A model generated the notes under the pieces. The model was not told the DNA's origin. It did no database searches and saw only the letters and a program-made list of their open reading frames with translations. The translations under genes were made by a program, and so were the position numbers. From Thermodesulfobacteriota bacterium (GTDB lineage Bacteria > Desulfobacterota > Desulfuromonadia > Desulfuromonadales > Geopsychrobacteraceae), in assembly GCA_028282145.1 (NCBI GenBank), contig JANQIN010000230.1, forward strand, positions 1 to 60,760: a stretch of 60,760 bases of DNA, read 5' to 3'. Below, piece after piece: positions 32,743-42,396 of this stretch. Each line of letters begins with the position of its first letter. Positions within the stretch are counted from its first letter, which is position 1.

Positions 32743-33704
32743 GAAGAGACCTCCTTCCCGGCTTTGGGTAAGCGGAAGAACCGTGGCCCGGGGGGAAGAA
32801 TCCCCTGAGTGCGGAAGATCATCATGATCATCATCGCCAGACCAAAAAACCACATACGGGCGTTGGCAAACTCTCCGACATACGCCCGCAAAAACTCAGG
32901 CAGGCCGATAATCAAAAAAGCCCCCAGCAGAACTCCGGTGATATTGCCGGAACCGCCGATAATAACGATGATAAAAATCAGCACCGACTCCCAGAAGGTA
33001 AAAGACTCGGGAGAGATAATCGTCATCTTGCTGGCATAGAGAGCTCCGGCCATGCCGGCCCATGCCGCCCCGATGGCAAAGGCCATCAGCTTTGTCCGAC
33101 CGGTGTTGATACCACTCCCCTCGGCGGCAACTTCATCTTCCCGCAAATAGTCAAGCGCCCGGCCGAAGCGACTGTTGCGGAGCCTGTAGAACAGGAAGAC
33201 GGTCATGGCCACAAAGCCCCAGATCAGATAAAGAAACTCATGGGGTTTGCGAATTTTGTAGCCGAAAAGAAACGGTCGGTCGATACCGAAGATTCCGTTG
33301 GGACCGCCGGTCAGTCCAAAGATGTCGTTGACTAGGGCAATCCGCAGGATCTCACCGACACCGACGGTGACGATCAGCAGGTAGTCTCCCCGCAGATGAA
33401 TAATGGGACGACAGACCAACGCTCCTGCAGCCGCGGCCACCAGACCGCAGATCGGTAACGACCAGAGGATGGGTATATCCAATTGGGTATTGAGAATAGC
33501 CGCACAGTAGGCACCGACCGCATAAAAGGCGGCATGGCCCATATTGTAGAGACCGGCATTACCCAGAATCACATTGAGGCTCAGCGCCAGTATGGCGTAA
33601 AGGCCGACGCTGTTCAGGACCTCCAGCCAGAAGCGGTTGAGCACCAGAGGGCTGGCTGCCAGGAGGGCGAAACTGAGAAGATAGCTAATCAGTGTCCGAT
33701 TCAT
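32739..33704 (-). CDS. livM: Branched-chain amino-acid ABC transporter permease LivM
   Basis: Polytopic permease with a typical LivM pattern (GNAGLYNMGHAAFYAVGAY). Confidence 0.9.
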   Translation of the reverse strand: MNRTLISYLLSFALLAASPLVLNRFWLEVLNSVGLYAILALSLNVILGNAGLYNMGHAAFYAVGAYCAAILNTQLDIPILWSLPICGLVAAAAGALVCRPIIHLRGDYLLIVTVGVGEILRIALVNDIFGLTGGPNGIFGIDRPFLFGYKIRKPHEFLYLIWGFVAMTVFLFYRLRNSRFGRALDYLREDEVAAEGSGINTGRTKLMAFAIGAAWAGMAGALYASKMTIISPESFTFWESVLIFIIVIIGGSGNITGVLLGAFLIIGLPEFLRAYVGEFANARMWFFGLAMMIMMIFRTQGILPPGPRFFRLPKAGKEVSS

Positions 33705-34609
33705 CAGATCTTGTCCGCCACCCGCTCACCGAGAAGCCCGGTGGGCCGCACGATCAGGATAAAAATAAGCACACCAAAGGCGATCGCATCTTTCCAGGCG
33801 ATACTGATATAGGCCGCACCCAGGGCCTCAACCAGGCCCAGCAACAGCCCGCCCAGCATCGCACCGGGAATATTGCCGATCCCACCGAGGATGGCAGCGG
33901 TAAAGGCCTTGAGGCCATAGACCCAGCCCATGGTGAAGTTGACCTGTCCGTAGTAGAGGCCAACCATCAAGCCGGCAGAGCCCCCTAGAGCCGGGCCGAG
34001 CAGGAAGACCAGCATGATCACCCGGTCCACGTTGATCCCCATCAACGCTGCGGCCCCCTGGTCGATGGCGGCAGCGCGGATCGCGGTTCCGGTACGGGTC
34101 TTCTGAATAAACAGATAGAGGGCGACCATCAGCACCACCGACGCCACCAGAATCAGAATCCGCATCAGCGGCACCGGCATACCGAAGAGGTGAATCACCG
34201 TGTCGGGCATGATGTTATGGGGGTAGACCTGAATATTGGGGCCGTAGACCAGCATGATACTGTTCTGAATAAAAATCGACGCCCCCAGCGCCGACACCAC
34301 CGCCGACAGACGGGGCGACTGCCGTAGCGGTTTATAGGCCGACCGCTCCAGGATCATGCCGACCAGAGCCACCAGTCCCATCACCATCAACGCCAGGATC
34401 AACACTCCCAGCAGCGGACCGACCCTGTCCGACAGGCCGAAGGAGGTCAACAGAGTAAAACCGAGATAGGCTCCGAGGGTGAACAGGTCGCCATGCGCAA
34501 AGTTGATCAGCTTGAGCACCCCATAGACCATGGTGTATCCCAGCGCGATCAGCGCATAGATACCGCCAACGGCCAGGCCGTTGGTCAGCTGTTGAAAAAA
34601 CTCTTCCAT
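33704..34609 (-). CDS. livH: Branched-chain amino-acid ABC transporter permease LivH
   Basis: MEEFFQQLTNGLAVGGIYALIALGYTMVYGVLKLINFAHGD is the canonical LivH N-terminus. The ORF-track start at 34675 is less likely. Confidence 0.9.
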   Translation of the reverse strand: MEEFFQQLTNGLAVGGIYALIALGYTMVYGVLKLINFAHGDLFTLGAYLGFTLLTSFGLSDRVGPLLGVLILALMVMGLVALVGMILERSAYKPLRQSPRLSAVVSALGASIFIQNSIMLVYGPNIQVYPHNIMPDTVIHLFGMPVPLMRILILVASVVLMVALYLFIQKTRTGTAIRAAAIDQGAAALMGINVDRVIMLVFLLGPALGGSAGLMVGLYYGQVNFTMGWVYGLKAFTAAILGGIGNIPGAMLGGLLLGLVEALGAAYISIAWKDAIAFGVLIFILIVRPTGLLGERVADKI

Positions 34610-34725
34610 GAATTGACTTCTTCGGGAAACGCCACGGGGTGGTGGGCCTGAACCCACCACCCCGGACTTGCACATCAGTTAATGCTTTGGCCTCTCTCGG
34701 AGGGGCCGGAAGTTTATCCTCAGGC

Positions 34726-35847
34726 TTAAGGCTGGAGCACAAAGGCCCCGGAAGCGTCCACCTTGTAGACCTTATAGACCTCGCCGACCCGGTCGCCCTT
34801 GGCGTTAAAGGCGATGGGGCCGGTCAGACCGTTAATCTTGGTGCCCTTCTTTTTCAGGAAGGCGGCAATCTTCTCAGTGTCAGTCGATTCGGCACCCTTA
34901 ATCGCTTCGACGATCGAGAGGAAACCGTCACCGGAGAGCACAGCCCAGATGGAACCGGGGGCGCTGCCGTACTTGGCACTGTAATCGGCGACAAATTTCT
35001 TGGCTTTGGGGTAGGGAAGATCCTGGGGAACCGGCGGACTCAGGAAGTAGAAACCCTCGGCAGCACCTTTACCGGCGATCTTCACCAGATCGGGGTTGTT
35101 GGTGGCGTCACCGCCGATAAAGGGCACGTTCCAGCCGATCTGCTTCTTTTGCTTCAGCAGCAGGCCGGCTTCCGGATAGTAACCGGTAAACAGAACCGCA
35201 TCCGGACCTTTCCCCTTCATTTTGGTCAGGATCGCCGAGTAATCCCGCTCACCGGGGGTCAGAGCATCGGCGAAGACAACGTCGATTCCCATCCCCTTGA
35301 GCAGGCCCATGGTCTCGTCGGCCAGACCTTTGGCATAGCTGGTGTTGTCATGTAGAACAGCCACCTTCTTGAACCCTTTGGCCTGCAGGGTCTGAGCAGC
35401 CACGCGACCCTGCTCGTCATCACGGGGGCTGGTACGCAGGAAGTATTTCAGACCTTTTTCGGTCAGGCGAACGGCAGTGGAACCGTTGGCGATCTGTACC
35501 AGAGGCTCCTCGTCAAAGATCATTTGACCGGCTTCGGTAATGGAGCTGCCGTAGTTACCGACAACCGCTACCACATCGCGAGTGGTCAGACGGGTAGCGG
35601 CCAGAGCAGCGGTACGAGGATCTCCGCCGTCATCTTCCATGACCACTTCCACCTTTTTACCCAATATACCGCCGGCGGCATTCACTTCCGCAGCCAGCAG
35701 TTCGATAATCTGCTTCATCTCCTGGCCTTCGCTGGCCCAGCTTCCGGTCATCGGTGCCATGACACCGATCTTGACCGTTTTGGCAGCCAATGCCGGCGTC
35801 ACCGCCAGCGCCAGAAGCACCAGGGCGAACATCATCTTCCTCAACAT
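34726..35847 (-). CDS. livJ: Branched-chain amino-acid ABC transporter substrate-binding protein
   Basis: Signal peptide, then KIGVMAPMTGSWASEGQ... Type-I periplasmic binding fold. Confidence 0.9.
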   Translation of the reverse strand: MLRKMMFALVLLALAVTPALAAKTVKIGVMAPMTGSWASEGQEMKQIIELLAAEVNAAGGILGKKVEVVMEDDGGDPRTAALAATRLTTRDVVAVVGNYGSSITEAGQMIFDEEPLVQIANGSTAVRLTEKGLKYFLRTSPRDDEQGRVAAQTLQAKGFKKVAVLHDNTSYAKGLADETMGLLKGMGIDVVFADALTPGERDYSAILTKMKGKGPDAVLFTGYYPEAGLLLKQKKQIGWNVPFIGGDATNNPDLVKIAGKGAAEGFYFLSPPVPQDLPYPKAKKFVADYSAKYGSAPGSIWAVLSGDGFLSIVEAIKGAESTDTEKIAAFLKKKGTKINGLTGPIAFNAKGDRVGEVYKVYKVDASGAFVLQP

Positions 35848-36004
35848 AGTCGTACCTCCCGTTCGAATGTTCGAAATCGATCAAAGCTGAATCGTTCCTG
35901 TATAGCATGCACCCAGAATGCAGGCAATAACTGAGTCTTCTCTCTGGCGTCCCCCTCCTTAGTTGTATATGATTGAAGCCCACTATCTTAATCAGGAGGG
36001 ATTC

Positions 36005-38917
36005 ATGGCACTTTCGGGAAACCAGGCCCGCAACACTGGGTTAACGCATATTGTCGGCTTGGGCGCCTCGGCCGGCGGGCTGGAGGCCCTGGAAAGCTTC
36101 TTTTCCGCAATGCCTCCCAACTCCGGGCTGTCTTTTGTTGTCGTACAGCACCTTTCCCCCGATTACGAAAGTCTGATGGATACACTGCTGGCACGAAAAA
36201 CCTCTATGAAGGTCATGCGCGTTGAAGATGGCATGGAAGTCCGGCCCAACTGCATCTATCTGATCCCGCCCAAAAAGAACATGATCCTTTTTCAAAACCA
36301 GCTCCTGTTGACCGACCAGGAAAGAGGGCACACGATCAATCTTCCCATCGATATCTTTCTGCGTTCGCTCGCTGAGAATCAGAAGGAGAATGCCGTCGGA
36401 ATCATCTTGTCCGGCACCGGCAGTGACGGAATGAGCGGCGTCCGCGCGGTCAAGGAAAACGGCGGCCTGGTCATAGCACAGGACCAGATGTCGGCCAAAT
36501 TCGATGGTATGCCGGCCAGTGCTGTATCCACAGGGCTGGTCGACTACATCCTTCCTCCCGATGAGATGGCCGAGCAGCTTCTGCGATATATCTCCCATTC
36601 GAAGAACCAACCCACCGAGACCGCTTTCGACGAATTGACCCAGGATGAAAAAAGCCTGAATCGGATCTTTGGACTCCTGCAACATGAAACGGGTGTGGAT
36701 TTCAGCTGTTACAAGATCAATACCGTGATTCGTCGCATTGAACGACGGATGCGCATTAATCAGGTCACCACCCTGCAGGATTATTCTCAACTTGTCGGAA
36801 CAAACTCCCGCGAACTGGCCAACCTGTACAAAGAGCTCTTTATCGGTGTGACCAACTTTTTCCGGGATCCGGAAGTCTTTGAGCTCCTGCAGGGGAAGGT
36901 TATTCCGGATCTGGTCAAGAACGGTCCAAAGGAGGAAGGGCTCCGCATATGGTGTGCCGGCTGCTCGACCGGTGAAGAAGCCTATTCCCTTGCCATCATG
37001 TTGCTGGAAGAGATGCGGCGACAGAATATCCGTCGAGAGGTCAAAATCTTCGCCACCGATCTGGACAAGGATGCCATGGAATTTGCTATGGCGGGCGCCT
37101 ATCCGGAATCGATTGCTGCGGACGTTTCCGAAGAGCGCCTGAATATGTTCTTCTCGCGTAAAGGCGGGACCTATCATGTCAACCGCCAATTACGAGAGAT
37201 GGTCATCTTCGCCCGACACAATCTGCTCAAGGACCCGCCATTTACGCGGGTGGACCTTATCAGTTGTCGCAACCTTCTGATCTATCTCAACAGCCATGTC
37301 CAGAAAAAGATTCTCAGCTATTTCGACTTCAGCCTCCGGCCTCAGGGGTTTCTGTTATTGGGGACCAGCGAGACGGTCGGCGAGATGTTGAACCATTTTG
37401 AAACAGTCGATACCAAGGCCAAAGTGTATCGAAGTGTGGGTGGTAAGCGCCTCCCTCGGGAAATGCCTTCCCTGGGTGTTTCGAGGGACCGGATGACCGC
37501 CATGACACCACGTCACCACACGCAAGGATTCCTGGCCAACGAAAGACGTTCCGAACCGTTTTACCAGGCCGTGATCAGCGGCTTTGTCCCGCCGGGGCTG
37601 GTGGTTGACGAAAAGTTTGAGATCGTCCATATCTTTCGGGATGTCAGCCAGTTCACCCGCCTCCCTGAAGGACGCCTGACGACCAACCTTCTCAGTGTGG
37701 TGCATGAAGGTATCCGGACCTCCCTCAGCACAGCTCTGCACAAAGCACAGAAATCCAATGAGCATGTGCGGTATCGGAACATTGAATACATGCAGAACGA
37801 TGAAACCTACCAACTGGATCTGGCGGTTCAGTCCTTTGACGATCGGTCTGCCGGGGAGCGGTTTTTTCTAGTCTTCTTTGAGAACTACCAACAACAGGAA
37901 TCTGCCCCGGCATCCGAGGAGATTGACGCACGGTCCACCCGCACCGAGATGGCAAAAGATCTGGAACGCGAGCTCCAGTTCACCAAGGAGAACCTGCAGG
38001 CAACCATTGAAGAGCTGGAGACCTCCAACGAGGAATTGCAGGCGACCAATGAAGAATTGGTTTCCAGCAACGAGGAACTCCAGTCCACCAACGAAGAGTT
38101 GCAATCGGTGAACGAGGAGTTGCACACGGTCAACTCGGAATACCAGAACAAGATTCAGGAGTTGATCTCCCTGAACATGGATATCGACAATCTGATGCAA
38201 AGCCTTGAGGTGGCAACGGTTTTCCTCGATGGCGGGATGTGTATCCGCAAGTTCAGCACATCTGCCAACCGGTTCTTCAATATTCGTTCGCAGGATATCG
38301 GCCGCCCGTTGAACGATCTGACCCATAAACTGAGCAACGAAGTTGAGTTGGTGGACGAGATCCTGAAGGCCAATCAGGAAAAGCAACTTTACCGACGGGA
38401 AGTCCGGACCGAAACCGGCGAGTGGCTGCTGATGATGATCGCACCCTACCCCAAAGAGAACGACAGCCATCGCAAGGACTCGGTGATCTCCTTTATTGAT
38501 ATCTCCACCCTGAAGAAGGCCGAGACGGGGCTGAGGCAGTCCAAGGCCAAGATGACTGCCATCTTTGACTTCAGCGAAGCCTCGATTATCGAGTGTGATC
38601 AAAGCGGAACCATTTTACGGGTCTCCCCCGAAGCAACCCGTATGTTACCTCTGGTAAAAGAGAGCCGGGTCGGCACAAAGCTGGACAATCTTTTTGCTTC
38701 GTTTGAGGATGAGGAGGAATCGCGTATTTCCGACAGGGATCTGCCTTACAAGAAAGTCCTCAAAACGGGAGAGCCGGCCTTTTACGAGGCGTTAAAGATA
38801 CGAAATGCAATGGGCAATCTGACCCAGGTCCGGGCCGGTGCAAAACCTCTTTTAAGCCCGGACGGGGTGCTGGAATCGGTGCTTATCGTTCTTCATGCCG
38901 ACTCTGGAGAGGACTGA
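36005..38917 (+). CDS. CheB methylesterase - CheR methyltransferase - coiled coil - PAS fusion protein
   Basis: CheB-like GLGASAGGLEAL...VVQHLSP. CheR-like RIWCAGCSTGEEAYS...ATDLD. NEEL heptad repeats and C-terminal PAS domains. Start at ATG 36005 with a GGAGGG RBS. Confidence 0.9.
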   Translation: MALSGNQARNTGLTHIVGLGASAGGLEALESFFSAMPPNSGLSFVVVQHLSPDYESLMDTLLARKTSMKVMRVEDGMEVRPNCIYLIPPKKNMILFQNQLLLTDQERGHTINLPIDIFLRSLAENQKENAVGIILSGTGSDGMSGVRAVKENGGLVIAQDQMSAKFDGMPASAVSTGLVDYILPPDEMAEQLLRYISHSKNQPTETAFDELTQDEKSLNRIFGLLQHETGVDFSCYKINTVIRRIERRMRINQVTTLQDYSQLVGTNSRELANLYKELFIGVTNFFRDPEVFELLQGKVIPDLVKNGPKEEGLRIWCAGCSTGEEAYSLAIMLLEEMRRQNIRREVKIFATDLDKDAMEFAMAGAYPESIAADVSEERLNMFFSRKGGTYHVNRQLREMVIFARHNLLKDPPFTRVDLISCRNLLIYLNSHVQKKILSYFDFSLRPQGFLLLGTSETVGEMLNHFETVDTKAKVYRSVGGKRLPREMPSLGVSRDRMTAMTPRHHTQGFLANERRSEPFYQAVISGFVPPGLVVDEKFEIVHIFRDVSQFTRLPEGRLTTNLLSVVHEGIRTSLSTALHKAQKSNEHVRYRNIEYMQNDETYQLDLAVQSFDDRSAGERFFLVFFENYQQQESAPASEEIDARSTRTEMAKDLERELQFTKENLQATIEELETSNEELQATNEELVSSNEELQSTNEELQSVNEELHTVNSEYQNKIQELISLNMDIDNLMQSLEVATVFLDGGMCIRKFSTSANRFFNIRSQDIGRPLNDLTHKLSNEVELVDEILKANQEKQLYRREVRTETGEWLLMMIAPYPKENDSHRKDSVISFIDISTLKKAETGLRQSKAKMTAIFDFSEASIIECDQSGTILRVSPEATRMLPLVKESRVGTKLDNLFASFEDEEESRISDRDLPYKKVLKTGEPAFYEALKIRNAMGNLTQVRAGAKPLLSPDGVLESVLIVLHADSGED
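38021..38146 (+). repeat. Six in-frame 21-nt tandem units encoding (S/T)xNEEL(Q) heptads
   Basis: TSNEELQ ATNEELV SSNEELQ STNEELQ SVNEELH TVNSEYQ. This is the coiled-coil linker inside the CheB-CheR fusion. Confidence 0.8.
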
Positions 38918-39407
38918 GCCGAGGGCGGTTCAGGGTAATAAGAAATTCGGCCGGATCGGTTGCAGGGATCGGTTGAATGTGTGCATCCAGCGGTGCTTCC
39001 GTCGAGTGTGCCCGGGGTAGAAAGTGGACGGTGCCTTCGGCGGCCGCGCCATGGATAACCTGGGAAAAAATTTGCTCCATCTGACCGGAAGCCATGAGTG
39101 GTGCCAGAGGACGGTTCTCTACCTGGGTCGGAGGGATCCCCAGAGCCTGACAGGCAGCCAGGTTGGCCTCTAGAATGATCCCTTCCCGGTTAATGACCAG
39201 CACACCATAGGGCAGGTGGTTCAACAGGAATTTATACTTCTGACACAGGCATTCAAAGAGTTCCTGCGTCTCGCGAAGCTCTTCGTTCTGCAACCGCAGT
39301 TCAATCTCATGGACGCGCAGTTCCTCGATGATTCGCCACTGATTCTCAGCGCCCTGAGATTCAGCCAACTCTTTTTCTGCGGAGGCGCGAAGTCGGTCGC
39401 TATCCAT
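38883..39407 (-). CDS. Stand-alone coiled-coil + PAS domain protein
   Basis: EELRVHEIELRLQNEELRETQ followed by a PAS fold (LPYGVLVINREGIILEANLAA). Start at ATG 39407 with a GGAG RBS. Confidence 0.75.
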   Translation of the reverse strand: MDSDRLRASAEKELAESQGAENQWRIIEELRVHEIELRLQNEELRETQELFECLCQKYKFLLNHLPYGVLVINREGIILEANLAACQALGIPPTQVENRPLAPLMASGQMEQIFSQVIHGAAAEGTVHFLPRAHSTEAPLDAHIQPIPATDPAEFLITLNRPRLSPLQSRHEER

Positions 39408-39439
39408 GATGTCCCCTTCTCCGGTCTGTGGAGGAGCCC

Positions 39440-41107
39440 CTATCCGTGCAGGCACTCCATGACTTTCCTGCTGAAATCGTTGACATTGAATGGTTTTTCA
39501 ACATAGTCGTCGAATCCGGCGGCCTTGACCTGAGGCAGCATCTCGACCATCAGGTGCCCTGAGACGGCCCAGAAACAGGGGCCATTCTCATGAGTCAACT
39601 GGTCTTTCATCCGGCGCAGAACCTCGTAGCCGTCCATTTGGGGCAGCTGCAGGTCGAGAAGTACCAGACCCGGCTGTTGCGCGGAAAAAGCTTTTAACGC
39701 TTCCGATCCGTCTTTGACCCACTGAACCTTCAGTCCCTGCTTCCTCAGGGCCAGTTCAATCAGGCGCCCTGTCTCTATATTATCTTCCACCAGAAGAACA
39801 TCAAGCCCGGTGGTTTCCGGTGCCGTTGCTGCCGGCTTTGTCCTTACCGGGAACGTCACATGGAAAGCGCTTCCCTGATCGATCCGAGAGGTGACGTCGA
39901 TGGTCCCACCGACCTGGAAAAGGAGCTCCTTGCAGATTGCCAGACCGAGGCCAAGACCACCGAAGGGGCGGTCTTCATCGGACTTTTCCTGACTGAACCG
40001 ATCAAAAGCCTCCTTCACATAGGCGGGGTTCATGCCGATCCCGGTATCGACCACATCCACAATCAGCCAGGATTGCCCGGCCTTGTCCCGGTTCCAGTTG
40101 GCTTGCAGAACAATGGACCCCTTTTCGGTAAACTTCAGCGCGTTTCCAACGAGATTGGAGAGAACCTGCCGCAGCACACTCTCACACCCGATCAGTACCC
40201 GTGGAACAGTGGCTGGAACATTCACCTCAAATTCGAGGCTCTTGTACTCTGCCTGGGGCTTGAAGGTACGGTACAGATCGTTGGTCATCTCGCTGAAAAC
40301 GAAAGGGACCTCCCTGTCACCGGAGGTTCCCTTATTCTGCTGGCGATGAAATTTAAGCAGGTCTTCAATGAGGGTCAGCAGATGGTGGGAGGACCGATAG
40401 ATCGTCTCGGAGAAATCCTGTTGCTCAGCGGTCAGTTCCGTTGTGGTCAACAGTTCGTACGCTGCAAGGATGGCCGTCAACGGTGTTCGCAATTCATGAT
40501 TAACGTTGGCGAGAAAATTTTTCTGTCGTTTGAGGAGGTTGAGAGTCTCTTTCTGGTTTTTTTTCTGTTCGGCCTCCAACTCCCGGAGTTGGGTCAGGTC
40601 GATCAGGGTTGTCAGACAGAGAGACTCTCCCTCCTCTTCAAAGGAGGTGCTTTCTATGCGCACCTGCAGGGTCTTACCACCGGGCCCCTCGACTTGGGCA
40701 TCGGCCTTGTGAATGCCTTTTTTTAAAAACGTCTGGGTGCGGTTCTCCGTCACCGTGGTCTGAAAGGGGCTGAGGACCAGAGCCATGAAGGGCAGGCCGG
40801 CGAGAGTTTTTCGCGAACGATCAAATAACGCCTCAGCCGCCCAATTGGCTTCTTTGATCACCCCTTCACTGTCCAGCACAAGGCAGGGGGCGGGGACACG
40901 GTCAAAAAGGTCCTTGTAGCGACGACTCAGATGCATCAGGCGGTTCTGAGACTGACGAAGTTCCTCGTTTTGAATCGTCAGCTCCGCCTGATGAATTTGG
41001 AGTTCTTCCAGGACCTCGGCCATGGAAAGAAAATCATCGTCGGACAGGGCATCCTTCTGCGTGTGAAGGAGGCTTTCGGCACGGCGGCGGAGTTCACGGT
41101 CGGTCAT
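39440..41107 (-). CDS. Hybrid sensor kinase (coiled coil, PAS, HisKA, HATPase_c, C-terminal receiver)
   Basis: EELQIHQAELTIQNEELRQSQ, H-box VNHELRTPLT, G-box GGLGLGLA, REC VLLVEDN...LLDLQLPQMDG. Start at ATG 41107. Confidence 0.9.
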   Translation of the reverse strand: MTDRELRRRAESLLHTQKDALSDDDFLSMAEVLEELQIHQAELTIQNEELRQSQNRLMHLSRRYKDLFDRVPAPCLVLDSEGVIKEANWAAEALFDRSRKTLAGLPFMALVLSPFQTTVTENRTQTFLKKGIHKADAQVEGPGGKTLQVRIESTSFEEEGESLCLTTLIDLTQLRELEAEQKKNQKETLNLLKRQKNFLANVNHELRTPLTAILAAYELLTTTELTAEQQDFSETIYRSSHHLLTLIEDLLKFHRQQNKGTSGDREVPFVFSEMTNDLYRTFKPQAEYKSLEFEVNVPATVPRVLIGCESVLRQVLSNLVGNALKFTEKGSIVLQANWNRDKAGQSWLIVDVVDTGIGMNPAYVKEAFDRFSQEKSDEDRPFGGLGLGLAICKELLFQVGGTIDVTSRIDQGSAFHVTFPVRTKPAATAPETTGLDVLLVEDNIETGRLIELALRKQGLKVQWVKDGSEALKAFSAQQPGLVLLDLQLPQMDGYEVLRRMKDQLTHENGPCFWAVSGHLMVEMLPQVKAAGFDDYVEKPFNVNDFSRKVMECLHG

Positions 41108-41185
41108 GGCAGAGTTCCTTAAAACATTCCAGGTGCCGGGAAATGGCCTCAATCAAACTATGCCCAATCCGGTCTATGCAGTCAA

Positions 41186-42163
41186 CTAGAGTAGCATCTT
41201 CTGGGATTCGTCGCGGGCCATGGGAGCAACAACCAGCGTCTCCTCTTTTTCGCCCTGCCGGAGAAGAACTTCGACCTCGGCCTCGTCTTTGCCCTTGCCG
41301 TAGCTGGCAACAATAGCAGCTGCCTGTTGAATTTCAACATCCCCGGGGTCTCCACACAAAACCCCGGTAGGACCACTGAAATCGGTACAGCGAAGCCGCA
41401 TGGCATCCGGTGAGGCCAACTCCAACATCCGCTCGTTATCGGCCTGATTGCGCCCCACCACCAGTTTGGCATGGCCGGCCAGGCGAAACTGGCGTCCCAC
41501 CTTCAACAGTTCAACATCGGTACAGGTACAATCGGGATCGGCGTCGACCAGGTCCCGCAACCGAACGGAAAAACCGGGTTCGGTCAACAGACACCCGCCC
41601 CCGGACGAGGGATAATCGGTAATCCCCCATTCTTTCGCCAGGGCCTCCTGCCGCTTGCGGGATCGGCCCTGGATATCCAACAGTTGTTCCCGGTCGACCA
41701 ACCCCTGTTCTTCCACCGGAGTAATCGGCAGGATTTTCGCTGACAGAGGCCGCAGAATCCGGTCCGGATAGCCCGAGTAGTTAGCCACAGAACGAAGGGC
41801 GTTGGCGTTCTGACTCATGGGGCGCTGCCCCAGGACCTCCCCCGAGAAAAGGAAATCGTAATCGCCCTCTGCCATCGTTTCTCCCGCCAGACGGAACATC
41901 ATGGCGTGGCAGTCGATACAGGGGTTCATATTTTTTCCGTAACCGTACTTGGGGTTTTTCACCATATCCAGGTGAACGTCCCCGATATCCTGAACGATCA
42001 ACGGGATTTCCATCTGCTTCGCTGCCTTTTGGGCTTTGGTCGCCCCGAAGAACGGGGTGACAAAGCAGATACAGGTAACATCCACCCCTTGTCGTTTAAG
42101 GACCATCGCCGCCAAACTGCTGTCCAATCCGCCCGACAGGAGTCCAAGTGCACGACTCGCCAT
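41186..42163 (-). CDS. PP-loop ATP pyrophosphatase, ThiI/MnmA-like tRNA sulfurtransferase family (no THUMP domain)
   Basis: LLSGGLDSS PP-loop, NPCIDCH, FSGEVLGQRPMSQ. GAGGAGG RBS before ATG 42163. Exact function not assignable. Confidence 0.7.
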   Translation of the reverse strand: MASRALGLLSGGLDSSLAAMVLKRQGVDVTCICFVTPFFGATKAQKAAKQMEIPLIVQDIGDVHLDMVKNPKYGYGKNMNPCIDCHAMMFRLAGETMAEGDYDFLFSGEVLGQRPMSQNANALRSVANYSGYPDRILRPLSAKILPITPVEEQGLVDREQLLDIQGRSRKRQEALAKEWGITDYPSSGGGCLLTEPGFSVRLRDLVDADPDCTCTDVELLKVGRQFRLAGHAKLVVGRNQADNERMLELASPDAMRLRCTDFSGPTGVLCGDPGDVEIQQAAAIVASYGKGKDEAEVEVLLRQGEKEETLVVAPMARDESQKMLL

Positions 42164-42314
42164 AGATAAGTACCTCCTCAAAATCAGTCTACTCTTCCAC
42201 AGGCGTCAATGCACCCGTAGAAGGCGTGATTCTTTACTGAAAAATGCTGTGAAACGCCGGGACGAAACCTACCATAGTGCGTGGGAACCAAACAAGTGAT
42301 CTGGGTCAATTCCG

Positions 42315-42343
42315 TTGACAGATCCGATCTTTGGCCTTAAATT
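42315..42343 (+). promoter_or_regulatory. Candidate sigma70 promoter of pilT (TTGACA-N17-TAAATT)
   Basis: Consensus -35 at 42315-42320, a 17-nt spacer, and -10 TAAATT at 42338-42343, followed by AT-rich DNA before ATG 42397. Confidence 0.4.
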
Positions 42344-42396
42344 TTATTAATTTGATAAGATATTAAAAAATCCTCGATCATTTCGATGGTCGATGC

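Noticed and set aside
38883-38917. Convergent 3'-end overlaps of gene pairs: 38883-38917, 45500-45516 and 21944-21965.
   Set aside because: These are short tail-to-tail overlaps in a compact genome. They may cause transcriptional interference, but nothing in the sequence suggests a specific mechanism.
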